Origin: Octopus vulgaris
Taxonomy: Eukaryota
DNA: 64,000 nt
Reading direction: 5' to 3'
Assembly: GCA_951406725.2 (NCBI GenBank)
Contig: OX597824.1
Location: 6,634,001 to 6,698,000 of the forward strand
The notes under the pieces are model-generated. The model ran no database searches, was not told the origin of the DNA, and was given only the letters and a program-made list of their open reading frames with translations. Made by a program: the position numbers and the translations under genes. The stretch's first letter is position 1. The number at the start of each line of letters is the position of its first letter. This document shows positions 40,115 to 53,351 of this stretch, one piece after another.

Positions 40115-40657
40115 GTTGAGTGAGAGAGCAGTGCATGTCATCAAAGTGACACTGGGGTACAAATATACGAAGCCCAGTATACCCATCATAACTACCCGTC
40201 TGATAAAGGTACACCAGGCACATGCATCACAACCATATGTGCATGACATGGTGATCTCATATCAAGATAAACAGCACATGAACTTGCAGGTGGGGCCCAG
40301 TTAGAATTTTCTTCTGGTCGAGTAACCCATCCCGCTCTAAAGGTCCCTGAATAAGGGTTGTTTAAGGATGCTTCCAGAAATGAATTATCCAAACTCCAAA
40401 GAATCCCTCTCAACACATGGCTATGATGCTCCCCCACTACATCTGCTCATGGTCAGAGATGCACATATTGTCAGCCACTAAGGGACATGCTCAACTTGTT
40501 AAGGTCAAACAACTGACAAGCAAATCTGTGGTATTGAGCAGAATATTTGCTGCCGTCCATCTTTTATACCAAAACAAAACAATGTACATGATAACACTTC
40601 CAATCAGTTAAGATCAGAAGCCATAAGAGCCACTACCTAGTACCGCATCAGGGCATT
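40115..40657 (-). mobile_element. Second copy of the ~530-bp (TAA)n-embedded retroposon
   Basis: Colinear with 6070-6597 and flanked by (TAA)n. Confidence 0.8.
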
Positions 40658-41329
40658 TATTATAATTATTATTATTATCATTATTACTATTTATTATTTA
40701 TTATCATTATCATTATTATTATTTATTGTCATTATCATTATTTATTATTATTATTATTATTTTTTTTTTATCATTATTTTTTTTTAATCATTATTATTTA
40801 TTATCATTATTATTATTATTTATTATTTATTATCATTATCATTATTTATTACTATTATTATTATTATTATTATTTATTTTCATTATTTTTATTATTATTA
40901 TTGTTGTTGTTGTTATTATCATTTTCTTAATTTTCCAAAAGATATCCTTATATCAGTTTTCAAAGGTCGCATGCATTTGTATATATTATTTGCATAATTG
41001 TGTATTAACAAGAATTCTTAGAGCTGGCATGTTACAGCTTAATGTCTTTAATAAACAGCAACCATTAAACCGAGACTTGAGTCAAGAAATGAGAACATTA
41101 ACCGAATAATCTATGGGGCATCACAAACCCCACTGCCAAATGTAATCTTATTTCAGATATTTCTGACAAACTTTCCATAATATGTTCTTATATAATTTGT
41201 CTTGAGGGAAATCAGTATCAAAGACAGCCATAATATGGTTCCAACCAGGAATTGTAAACCAGTGAACAAGCTTTGTCAACTGCTACATTTAGAAAAATGG
41301 CTTCACCACTGAGCAAATACATATGTATG

Positions 41330-41367
<38 letters not shown>

Positions 41368-41526
41368 AGTAGTTGAATGAATTATCTTATTAAGGATAAT
41401 TCAAAAGATAACCGATACCTGGGTAGCAAATTCACATCAGAAAGAACATGGTTGAAGCTATGTCCCTAGGGCATAGACTATGTGTCTTCGTGCGGAAATT
41501 TGTATGTTTATGTTAAAATTATATGT

Positions 41527-41716
41527 ATATGAGAGAATGGAGTTGAACGACTAGTTAACAAATATCCTTTATTCTCGACATATGTTTCGAAGGCTGCATA
41601 TTCCTAATTCCCAAGGAGGTACTCCTTATTCCTTCGGAATTAGGAATATGCAGCCTTCGAAACATATGTCAAAAATAAAGGATATTTGTTAACTAGTCGT
41701 TCAACTCCATTCTTTC

Positions 41717-41720
<4 letters not shown>
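41527..41720. repeat. Near-perfect inverted repeat (~85-bp arms) in (AT)n, like a PLE terminus
   Basis: 41527-41611 versus 41636-41720 with about 3 mismatches. Each arm carries CCTTC-GAAACATATGTC. Confidence 0.85.
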
Positions 41721-41748
<28 letters not shown>

Positions 41749-42020
41749 AGACCTATTTCTATACTACCCACAAGGAGCTAAACACAGAGAAGACAAACAA
41801 GGACAGATACACGGATTAAGTCGATTATATCGCCCCCCCCCAGTGCATAACTGGTACATATTTAATCAACCCCGAAAGGATGAAAGGCAAAGTTGACCTC
41901 GGCGAAATTTGAACTTAGAATGTAGCGACAGACGAAATACCGCTAAGCATTTCACCCGGTGTGCTAATGTTTCTGCCAGCTCAGACCAAAGGTGAACATA
42001 TGCCGCTATGTGTATATATA

Positions 42021-42307
42021 AAAAACAAAACAAAATAAAACAATGGAACAAGAACGTAACAGATGACAACCATACATCCAGACAGTTAGATGATGTGAAG
42101 AAGAACAGGAAAAAACAAGAACGGGTCATTCGGAGCCTTCTATCATCAGTCTAGTTCCAGATTATTCCTGCAGTTTCAGCCTCAACTGACAATAGAAGGC
42201 TTCAAATAAACCGTCCTTGTTTTTTTCCTGCCCTTCTTTGTATTGTCTAACTGTCCAGATGTTTTGTTGTATCTTGTTACATTCTTATTCCATTTTTTAT
42301 TTTGTTC
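42021..42307. repeat. Diverged inverted repeat (~130-bp arms) flanked by (AT)n
   Basis: ...ggaaaaaacaagaacgggtcattcggagccttctatcatcagt versus actgacaatagaaggcttcaaataaaccgtccttgtttttttcc... Confidence 0.8.
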
Positions 42308-42329
42308 ATATATATATATATATATATAA

Positions 42330-42370
<41 letters not shown>

Positions 42371-43355
42371 CATATATATATATATATATAAAATTCATAT
42401 AAATATATATATATATATATATAAAATTCCAAGAGATTTGGAGGTTGTGAATCCAACCAACTAAGGGATAATATCTACCCAATATACTGCTGGTAAAATA
42501 CCCAATTATTAATACACAAGTGTAAGAAACTATTCTACTTTCTATGTTCTACTTTATATATTTTAATAATTACTGGTATTTTTTATATCTGTAAAGCATA
42601 ATCTGTTATACATATATGTATATTATTATAAATAATATTTTTAAAATAAATAAATAGACATAATATAATGTCTAAAAGTTGATGAATACCACCTTTGATC
42701 CCCTCCATTTTCTTATTGCTGTGTATATATATATATCATCATCATCGTTTAACATCCACTTTCCATGCTAGCATGGGTTGGACGATTTGACTGAGGTCTG
42801 GCGAACCAGATGGCTGCACCAGACTCCAGTCTGGTCTGGCAGAGTTTCTACAGCTGGATACCCTTCCTAACACCAACCACTCTAAAAGTGTAGTGGGTGC
42901 TTTTATGTGCTACCGGCACAAGGGCTAGTCAGGCGGTACTGGCAATGGCCACGATACATACATTGTGTTTGTGTGAAGGGCTGATAATATTTGAGTAAGA
43001 GAGCACCAGAAAGCGTTAATTTACATGAAACCATTCTTGAGCATTTGGAAAATCTTTGACAAATTTCAGAAAATTTATGAAGAATTTTGAAATATAACTT
43101 TGTCGTTTGGAATATAACTTGATTTGATATTTCGATGAAAGGTTGTAATTTAGATTTCTTTCAAACAGGAATTGGTATCATAGAATCAATGGTTGTTTCA
43201 AATGGACTGAGTGTGTGTGTGTGTGTGTGTATAATTGTTGCAAATGTTGGTGCAAAGCAAGTAATTTTAGGGGAAGGAAGTTTGTTAATTACAATGGGCC
43301 CCAGTAGTTGGCTTATACTTTATTTATCAACCAGAGGCAAAGTCAACCTTGATGG

Positions 43356-43924
43356 AGGAGATCTCCTCAGTGACCAAAGGGCAAATCTACCAGGCCGTCG
43401 TCCGTGCTATCCTCCTCCATGGTTGTGAAACATGGCCTATGAGGGTAGTCGATCAGCGAAGGCTGGAGGTGTTCAAGAATGACTGTCTCCACCGCATTCT
43501 TCCCTGCCGACCCATTGATCAGGTTCCTACAGCTGGTCTTCGTCATTGCCTGAATTTCCGGCCCCTCCCTTCGGTGCTTCTACAACAGCACTTAAGGTGG
43601 TTTGGTCATGTGGCCCAGCATCCAGAGGGTGAGCTGATTCGCGATGTCCTCCTCCTACCTCCACTTCCCAACCGGTGCAAACTCACGGGTGGGCAGCTGA
43701 AGACCTGGGCAACAACGATAAAGGAGGACCTCTCTGAACTCTCAGGTCCACAGGTGGTCGGTCTGCGCAGAAGGAACCACGAATGACTTGCTATCTCCAG
43801 TGACATCGCATGGGACTGTCAAGCGTGGGCCGCCACGGTTCGAGAAGCCGTTAGGACCAGAGAAGAAGCTGGTTCAACCCGCTCTGGGTGAATGCCATCA
43901 CATGTACAAGTATAAGTACAAGTA
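43356..43924 (+). mobile_element. RTE-clade LINE 3' fragment
   Basis: TKGQIYQAVVRAILLHGCETW..RRLEVF..CLHRIL..LRWFGHV..GGQLKTW. Tail of (CAAGTA)n and a ~12-bp imperfect TSD (43344-55 and 43925-36) inside a SINE. Confidence 0.9.
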
Positions 43925-45792
43925 CAACCCTGACGGGATTTGAACCTGGAGTGTAAAGAGCTGGAAGAAATATTGTTAGATATTTTGAGTGATGGTGCAA
44001 CAATTCTTCGAGTCCATAGCCATAATAATGATGATGTCAACAATGACGATGAAAATAATAATAATAATAATAGCAACAACAACAGAAATAACAGGTTCAA
44101 GAATGGCTTGATATACATAAGGATATTTCACAAGGAGAAAGATTTATATTTCTATCTTGTCTGCAATCATTGGTATGGCTATGAAGTTGGATGTATACAT
44201 GCATAAGTGATCATCGTCAGCAGCCGTGCATTGTATATAAAGTGTTAAGAAATTCGCCTTTGAAGCAAAACAGACAATAATAAGATTCTGTAATTTGATC
44301 TCAAGTCGGAACTAGTATTGGACATTCACACGTGAATTTGCAGCAGTGTAAATTCGAGGAATGGGTCATACATACTTCGACAGTATTTAATGGATGACGA
44401 AGAATATTTTATCTGAATCTGAATTCCGACACCAGTAAAACATTCATAAATTTAAGCTCTGCCAACATCAAAAACAGATTTCTTCGGCTCACATCTACCG
44501 AAGCTATCCCACCAAGTGTGATAAACTTCAAATACAATATTAGAAGATGAAAAGAGAAAAATGCAAGGAATAAGGAAAAATCTCTTGACAGTTTTGTTGT
44601 CAAGGGACATTTACAAAATCTAAGATAAGTTCAATGGAAAGTTTTGGAAGGTATTCTGAAATGAAAAGAAAACCAATTTTTGTCTTGTACATGCAAGCAA
44701 AAATAAAACATCACAATGTCAATAGAAAATATCTATTATTTATGATGAATGTGTTGTTTTCTTGTTAAGGATTACAAATGGCTGACATATTTTTCTTTGG
44801 TAGAGAGATAAGAAAAACAAAAGATAAGAATTTAATTCTTTTTTTGGGGGTTTCTTTTATCTATTGTTTTTTTAGATGATGTTTATGGACAAGAAGACCA
44901 TTCAAATGCTGCTAATCATATTTTCTGATATTTTAGAATTGTCTGTTGAAGCCACATCTTAAGTCATCAAATAAAGAACATCCTTCTTCAGTTTATAATT
45001 GAACTGGCATTTACAATTAATATTTTAAGACAGCCAAAAAAAAAAAGAGAAGGGAAAAAATGTACAGATAGAATCATTTGTTTAATATCTGTTCTACCAT
45101 ACTGGCTTGGATGGGAATTGATCTTGAGACAGAATTTTATGGCTGGATGCTTTACCTGTCAGCATCCCTCACCCATTTCAAATTAAGTATTTTCTTTTTT
45201 TCTGTTATACTCCACAGATTTTCAAAAGCACCAAACAACTGGTCATAAAGTCAATGAGTGATGTCATCATTAACACTGCTTCACTCAAATGGGGACAAAT
45301 GAAATATCAACATTCATACACACATCATCATCATCATCATCATTTAACGTCCGTCTTCCATGTTGGCATGGGTTAGAGGGGTTGGCAGGAGCTGGCCAGG
45401 TAGAAGACTACACAAGGCTGCTGTGTCTGTTTTGGCATGGTTTTTATGGCTGGATACCCTTCCTAACACCAACCACCCTGTAGAGTGAACTGAGCACATT
45501 CTACATGGCACCAGCACAGGTGAGGTCAGTTTTAGCATGGTTTTTACAGATGGATGCCCTTCCAAATTCCAACTAATTCAGTGTGGACTGGATGCTAGGC
45601 TCACCAAGTAACTTACAAGACAATCACACACAAATGTAAATGCTACTAACATTACTTCTACCACCATCTTTAAAAAAAATACTGGGATTTCTCATTGGAT
45701 AATGTAGTCCTTGGTACACTGGGGCTGAAATATGGCATGCTGTTAAACGAAGGTTTGTCCGTTCAGGGCCTTCTACTCCTACAACTACTCAC

Positions 45793-45994
45793 CTTGGTAA
45801 AGGACACTTTCCACTGAGACGTTCATCTTCAACATAGTTTTTCACGACTTCCTGACATCGTTGCAACAGGGACTGTACGGCCATCTTCGTTAGTGAGCCT
45901 TCGTTAGCAGTGCGAGTAATGAAAGAAAACTGCAGCAGAGTTTCAAAGCAAGCCTTCGCAAACTCCTCCCTGAGTTTGCGACTGGATTCGGTGT
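45793..45994 (-). CDS. MON2: MON2 exon
   Basis: [25 protein letters not shown]...[15 protein letters not shown], a highly conserved Mon2 C-terminal motif. TTTTTTCAG acceptor, GTGAG donor. Confidence 0.97.
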
Positions 45995-46578
45995 CTGAAA
46001 AAATACAAAATGTGGAAAATAGAATTATATAAATCATCACTGTCATCATCGTTTAATGTCCATCTTCCATGCATCCATGCATGGGTAGGACGGTTCACAG
46101 GAGCTGGTCAGGTAGAAAAACTACCTCGTGCTAATCTGTCTGTTTTGGCAAGAATTTTACGGCTGGATGCCCTTCCTAAAACCAACCATTCTGCAGAGTG
46201 GACTCAGTGCTTTTTACATGGCACTAACACAGGCGAGGTGAGTATTGGCATGATTTTCACAGGTGGATGCCCTTCCAAATGCCAACCACTTTACAGAGTG
46301 GACTTGATGCTTTTAATGTGGCACCAGCACTGGCTGGGTCACCGAGTAACTCGCAGGACAAGGAATTATGAGAAGAGAGGAACTCATATCAGAGGATGAA
46401 AGGTCAGAAGGTGACGAAGAGACAGAGAGGCAGAAACAGGTGTTTGCTATAACAGAGAGGGCATTGGAGGAGGTGATCCAGTATCAGATGATGAAAGGTT
46501 AGAGTGTGACAGAGAAATAGGGAGGCAGAAATAGGTGTCTTGCTATAGAAGAGGTACATGATTACTCAGTGAGGGAGG

Positions 46579-46616
<38 letters not shown>

Positions 46617-47944
46617 AGTAAGAATGAGGGCAGAAATAGATGCAAAGAAGGGGATTGGAAGATAATGAAGGCAGCAAGCTGGCAGAAACATTAGTATGTC
46701 AAGCGAAATGCCAAGTGGTGTTTCGTCTGCCGTTACATTCTAAGTTCAAATTCCGCTGAGGTCGACTTTGCCTTTCATCCTTTCGGGGTCAAAAAATTAA
46801 GTACCAATTACACACTGGGGTGGATGTGATCGACTTAATCCCTTTATCCGTCCTTGTTTGTCCCCTCTATGTTTAGCCCCTTGTGGCCAATAAAGAAATA
46901 AGAAATAGATGTACTGCTGTAGAGGAGATACCTGGCTACCCAGTCAAAAGGAAGAGCAATTAAGAGAGGAAGAGAGAGTAGAAAAGTGTAAAAGTGTAAG
47001 AGAGAGCAAAAGAGATGAAGGTTGTAAAATGCGTGGTCAGCTGTGGCCATGGAAGCGCAAGTAGAGAATGGGGATTGCAGTGACTGGCGAAAACCTGGGT
47101 TGAGGGCAGTGAGGGCAAGGAAGGGGATTGGAAGACAATGATAGTTTATGAAGAGGAAATGTGAGAAAGAGAAAGATGTTGTTTAGAAGAGGAGATGAAG
47201 TTGGGTCTCTTGAAGTTTCACTGATGGGGGTGGATCAAAAGTGCAAAAGATTGTTTTAACTGGCATGTCACACTTCTTGAGAAATGTATTGTTGTTGAGA
47301 GAATGATTACCCTCACCCAACCCCCATATAAATAATTTTTAGTTAGTTAGTTAGCTAGTTATTTTTTTTGGCTCAAAAAGCAAAAAGCAAGGCCATGTAG
47401 GGGGACATGGAGTTATGTACAGGGTGGTGTTCATGTAAAGAGTTCAGGCCACTTGAGGTCAAGGGTTTTATTTCTACATAACTTCATTTGATTTCGTAAA
47501 TAAACAATCTGGTGTGTTTATTTTAATGGCCTGTCAACGTTTACAGTCAGTTTCTTTGCCCTAGATGTCAAGAAGACACCCAGCAAGAAATGGAAACAAA
47601 ACTGAAAGAAAACTTAAAGAAAAAGAAAAACTTAATAATGATAATAATAATAATGATAATTTTTAATGTAAACTTTTCGTTGTCAAAGAAATAGATGAAT
47701 TATTTCTTGAAAAATATAGCATCTGATTAATTTTTGCTGTAGCTTAATTATTTTGTATAACATTTAATTATGTTATTATTATGTTTATTGATTGTCTATA
47801 CAAATCTATAATTATTGACTTTTGGAGAGATCCATAATTTAAACATTTTAACAAAAGATGGAAATCAATCAAGTGCCGAAGAATTTCTTTCCTTATCATA
47901 CTAATACAGAGAAGTTCAGGTTGAAGTGATCAATACACTGATTT

Positions 47945-48660
47945 TGATGATGGTGGTGGTGGTGGGGGTTGTGGCATGGGTGATGGTAGTTTGTAATGAT
48001 AGTGTCTGCGATGGAGTGATGATGATGGTGGTGGTGGTGGTGGGGTGATGGTAGTTTGTGATGAAGTGATGATGGTGGTGGTGGTGGTGGTGGTAGTTTG
48101 TAATGATAGTGTTTGTGATGAAGTAATGATGATGATGGTGGTGGTGATGTAATAGTTTGAAGTTTTGATGATAATGATGAGGTAGCGGAGGGGGAAGGGA
48201 GAAAGGGGTAGGAAGAGGAAGAACTCGATAATGGTGTCCGGGTTAGTAATAGACTTTGTAGCTATGATGATGATGATGATTGTGATGATGTGGTTGTTAA
48301 AGGCAATGATGATGATGGTGATGCGGTTGTTAAAGACGATTATGATGATGATGATGATGATGGTGATTATGATGATGGTGATGATGATGATGATTGTGAT
48401 GATGGTGATGTGGTTGTTAAAGACAATAATGATGGTGATGATGGTGGTGATGATGATGATGATGGTGATGCGGTTGTTAAAGACGATTATGATGATGATG
48501 ATGATGGTGATTATGATGATGGTGATGATGATGATGATTGTGATGATGGTGATGTGCTTGTTAAAGATGATGATGATGATGATGATGGTGGTGACGATGA
48601 TGGTGATGATGATGATGATGATGTGGTTGTTAAAGACAATGATGATGATGGTGATGATAA
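47945..48660. repeat. (GAT/GGT)n array with higher-order repeats
   Basis: GAT triplets punctuated by a recurring gYggttgttaaagacRat. Confidence 0.92.
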
Positions 48661-50613
48661 AATCGTATTTCTCAGCTCCATGTAGATGAGTTTGACCGCC
48701 AGCAAGAAGTAGCAGATATGTTACGCGAATTCCTAACTTCTTTGCAACTAAAGTTGGATAATGAATGGAAGTTGCAAAGTTTAATAGAGGAAGGTGTCGA
48801 GAAGAACTACAAGCTACAAAACAACACAAACACACAATGAACATCTATAAAACAAGACTAAGCAACAACAACAACATTAACCATACCATATGTATTTCCC
48901 AATGGACACACAGACAGATGCTTAAACACCTACAACTAAGACACCTAATATTATTAATGGAAGCAGTAAACTTCATTGCAAAGTTGGAGCAGGTGATATG
49001 AAGAAAGTGAGAGGATAGAGAGATGAGATAAGGAGAGAGAGAGAGAGAGAAGAAGAAGAGAGAGAGAGTGAGAATGAGAGAGGGAGAGCTCTCTGGAATT
49101 TGCTTATTGTTTGAGGTGCAAACATTGTTAAATTGTCCAGAAATTTGCCTGGCATTCATGAGGTCTTAAACTTGGCTGACCTTTGTAAACAATGAGGAAT
49201 TTTGCTTATAACCCGAATTGCAAATGTGGTCAAACGGGTGGGCGGTTTGCTCGGCATTTACCGGGCCTTGAGTTCAATCTCACTGTACACCAACTTCAAC
49301 AAGTACCTTCTACTATGGCCGTAAATCAACTCAAATCATCATCATCATCATCGTTTAACGTCCGTTTTCCATGCTGGCATGGGTTGGATGATTTGACCGG
49401 GGTCTGGGAAGCCAGGAAGCTGCACCAGGCTGCAGTCTGATCTGGCAGTGTTTCTACAACTGGATGCCCTTCCTAACGCCGAGAGTAAAATTAGGCAGAT
49501 GCAGAAATGTGCAAGGTTTAAATTCTGACAATGAAGCAACAGGATTAAATTCTACAAGGCCCTTCATCCGGTGCTCTACTAATTCTGCCTTCCATTAATC
49601 TAATAATAATTTATGATAATCTTTTAACTTTCTCATTATTACATTTGTGCTGACATGCACTACCTTTGTTTCAAATAATGTAGAGCTTAGAGTAAAGATT
49701 GTTTGCCAACATAACCTGGCAGTCCTGGTTTAGGACGGATGTTGCTGTAATTTAGCCCCAGCAACAGGACTTAGGAGTAAAGATTATTTGCTAACATAAC
49801 ATGGCAGTCCTGGTTTAGGACGAATGTTGCTGCAATTTAGCCCCAAGAGACATCGTCTCCAGCTGGCTATATGACACGATCTGTGTCCTTATATTTTCGA
49901 ACAAGGGAGACGATGTCTCCTGCGGCTAAATTACAGTAACATTTGTCCTAAACCAGGACTGCCATGTTATGCTGGCAAACAATCTTTACTACAACAATAA
50001 TACAGTTTCTAATTTTGGTGCAAGGCCAGCAATTCTATCAGCCTCCCTCACCCTCCCCAGGATGAAAGGCAAAGTCAACCCTGGCAGCATTTGAACTCGG
50101 AATGTAAAGTCTGAAGAAATGCTGCTAAGCATTTTGTCTGGTGCAATAATAATTCTGCCAAGCTCACCATTTCGCTACTGTTACAAGGAGAAGGAAGAGG
50201 AAGAGGGGGGAAGAAGAGGAGGAGGAAGATGATGATGATGAGGAGGAGGAGGAGGAAAATGATGATGATGAGGAAGATGAGGTGGAGGAGGAGAAAGAAG
50301 AAAAGGAAGAGGAAGTCGATGATGAGGAGGAGGTGGAAGATGAGGATGAGGAGGAGGAGGGGTTATTTGCATGTTATTTCCTAAGTTACAAAGTAATTCA
50401 ATGTCAAACCGTCAAGCAATAACCAAATGCCATAAAAGTCCTGCAGTGTTTGAGGAGTTCCATATGCACTTTATGCAAAATGAAAATATATTTACAACAA
50501 AAAAAAAAAAAATACACAAAAAGGAAAACAAAATAAAAATATTCTCTACTTGAAGCATTTTGAGAAAAAAACGAATTCTTCCTTATTTTGGTGTATATTT
50601 AGAAATGCCTTAC

Positions 50614-50740
50614 CGATAAAGGAATCAGAAGTAGCTGAGTGGATGGAACCTTTATTAAGAATATCCATGATCTTCATGACAAAATCTTTGGGCATTGTTC
50701 CAGCGAATGGAAGAACGTCATCTCTAATGACTTGAACAAC
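50614..50740 (-). CDS. MON2: MON2 exon
   Basis: [42 protein letters not shown] matches human '[35 protein letters not shown]'. TAG acceptor, GTAAG donor, 127 nt ending in phase 1. Confidence 0.95.
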
Positions 50741-51559
50741 CTAAAGCAAGAAAAAAACAAACAAACAAAAAGAAATTTGACAACCATTTAAAACAAAATC
50801 ATGAACACACACACACACAAAAAAAAAGGTTTTTTTCTTTTTTTTTTTTTTGCAGGCTCTTTTCATCAGCCGTTTTGTATTTATTTCTGCAAAATTCTTG
50901 ATATGAAACCAAGTGTTGAAACAGATGTTCCTCATCTTTGATTGGGTTATTTTACCAAAAAAAAAAAAAAAAAAAAAAAACCCCACATGCATTGGTCTTA
51001 TTTTAAATTTTTTTATTACAACTGTTATTATTATTATTCAAGTAGTTAGTTAATTAACAAATTAACTAAACGAGCGCTTGATTTAATGATTTGATCAATC
51101 GATTGAGCGATCAATTGGTTTGTCAGACTTCTTTCATCATCATTTACAATTTCATTCATGTTTTCATTTTTCCAAGATGTTTGAAAAACAATTAAATTGA
51201 TTACATAATTAAAAACAATATTTCTCAAGCACAATGTAATTATAATATTCAATGTTTCCCTACTGCCCTCGTCTATCTCCTAAAAGCCTCCATCATTGCC
51301 CTGAAACATAGATAATAAAAAGATAAGATCAAATAATTTTTATTCTTTTACTTGTTTCAGTCATTTGGCAACAGCCATGCTGGAGCACCACCTTTAGTCG
51401 AGCAAATCGACCCCAGGACTTATTCTTTGTAAGCCTAGTAATGTACTTATTCTATTGGTCTATTTTGCCGAACCGCTAAATTACAGGGACGTAAACACAC
51501 CAGCATCGGTTGTCAACCAATGTTTTGGAGACAAACACAGACACACAAACACACATATA

Positions 51560-51920
51560 CATACATACATATGTATATACATATATGTGTGTGTGTATAT
51601 GTATGTATATATGTATGTACATATGTGTATGTAAATGCATATATACATACATACATATGCATATACATATGTGTGTGTGTGTATATGTATGTATATATGT
51701 ATGTACATATGTGTATGTAAATGCATATATACATACATACATATGTATATACATATATGTGTGTGTGTATATGTATGTATATATGTATGTACATATGTGT
51801 ATGTAAATGCATATATACATACATACATATGTATATACATATATGTGTGTGTGTATATGTATGTATATATGTATGTACATATGTGTATGTAAATGCATAT
51901 ATACATACATACATATGTAT
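51560..51920. repeat. 86-bp minisatellite built from microsatellite-like sequence
   Basis: tgtgtatgtaaatgcatatatac recurs every 86 bp (ORF starts at 51635, 51721, 51807 and 51893). Confidence 0.9.
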
Positions 51921-53290
51921 GTGAGTCCCTTGGTCTTAACTTCAATAGTTGCAATGAACAACACCAGCTCACAGGTGGTATTGTTTGTTTCCAATCACCT
52001 GTGAAAATATGCCCAGCCATGCAGAACTATTTACCTTGCTTGGAAATTGGTGAGGAAAAGAAAGCAGGTGAAGGTAATCTAATCTCCCTCAATAAATTTT
52101 GTCCGACCCATGCAGGCAGGGAAAAGAGAGTTAAGTCCAGAAGTGGATGTCTTGCAAACAACTTGCACATGCAAGTGCTACCAGTCAAAAACTCCGCATA
52201 TCGGAAGCCAGCAAGAGAATGCGCACCGTTTCGGGGCCTATGTCTTGACGGCATCAACACGCACCGGACCCCCTCACTGATATGAGGCCTCGCTTGCTAG
52301 ATCAGCTGGTTATCAAATAAAGCTCAATATTCTCCTAGCCATCACTCATCGTCTCTTTTTAACCAAATCCAATGGCTAGCCTTCCCCACTGTAGTTTGGA
52401 TATTGGTCATGGTATATCCGACCCATGCAGGCATGGGAAAGAGAGTTAAGTCCAGAAGTAGACTAGTATTGTATTTATCAACTTTAAAAAGGTGAATAGT
52501 AAATCAATGAGATTCAAACTCACACATACACAAACACATATATACATACACTCACATACACATACATACAAATACACACATGCATATGACGGCTGTCAAT
52601 GAGATTTCAAGCATAAACATTTTCCTTTTATTGCAATCATACGCCTCAATGGTTGAAGTATGTTAGATTCTCAACTGCTGCAGACCCTTGGAATGGCTAC
52701 GTATACCTGATGTTAAATAGTGTAGAATTTGGTCAAGGACTTCACCTGCAGCGACTCTGCACTTGCGCATTTGTCTAAAATTAATCGGTCAGATGAACAC
52801 ACCTTTGAACACAAAGGACAGAAGCCCTCAGGTGGAAATAAATGGAATTCCTTAATCAACCAATCGCATATATGCAATTATGTAATATAAATGCATATAT
52901 TTATATATACACACACACACACACATGTACATACAAGTATACATATATATATTCACATATATATATCTACATGACTATATACATATACATGTGTATAAAT
53001 ATATATATAAATATATTTATATAAATACATATATATATATATATACATACATATATGTATGTATATATATATGCATATACATACACATATGTACATACAT
53101 ATATACATACATATATACACACACATATATATACATGAATATATACATATATATATATATATAAATATATACATATATATACATACATATACACACACAC
53201 TCACTCACACATGAAAGAATACATATCAAAACCGCTTTCTAGAATTTATTGCATTTTTCTTTACTTTTTGGTAGCAATACGAATACCAAC

Positions 53291-53351
53291 CTTGCAATCC
53301 ACCGTTTCATCTCTTTGGAAATCTTCTATTGACAGAGTAGGAAGAGAGGGG
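53291..53351 (-). CDS. MON2: MON2 internal exon (most 5' exon found in the window)
   Basis: Reads (x)PSLPTLSIEDFQRDETVDCK, matching recalled human MON2 'PPDNLSIQEFQRNENIDVE'. Polypyrimidine tract and CAG acceptor, GT donor, phase 0 into the next exon. Confidence 0.88.
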
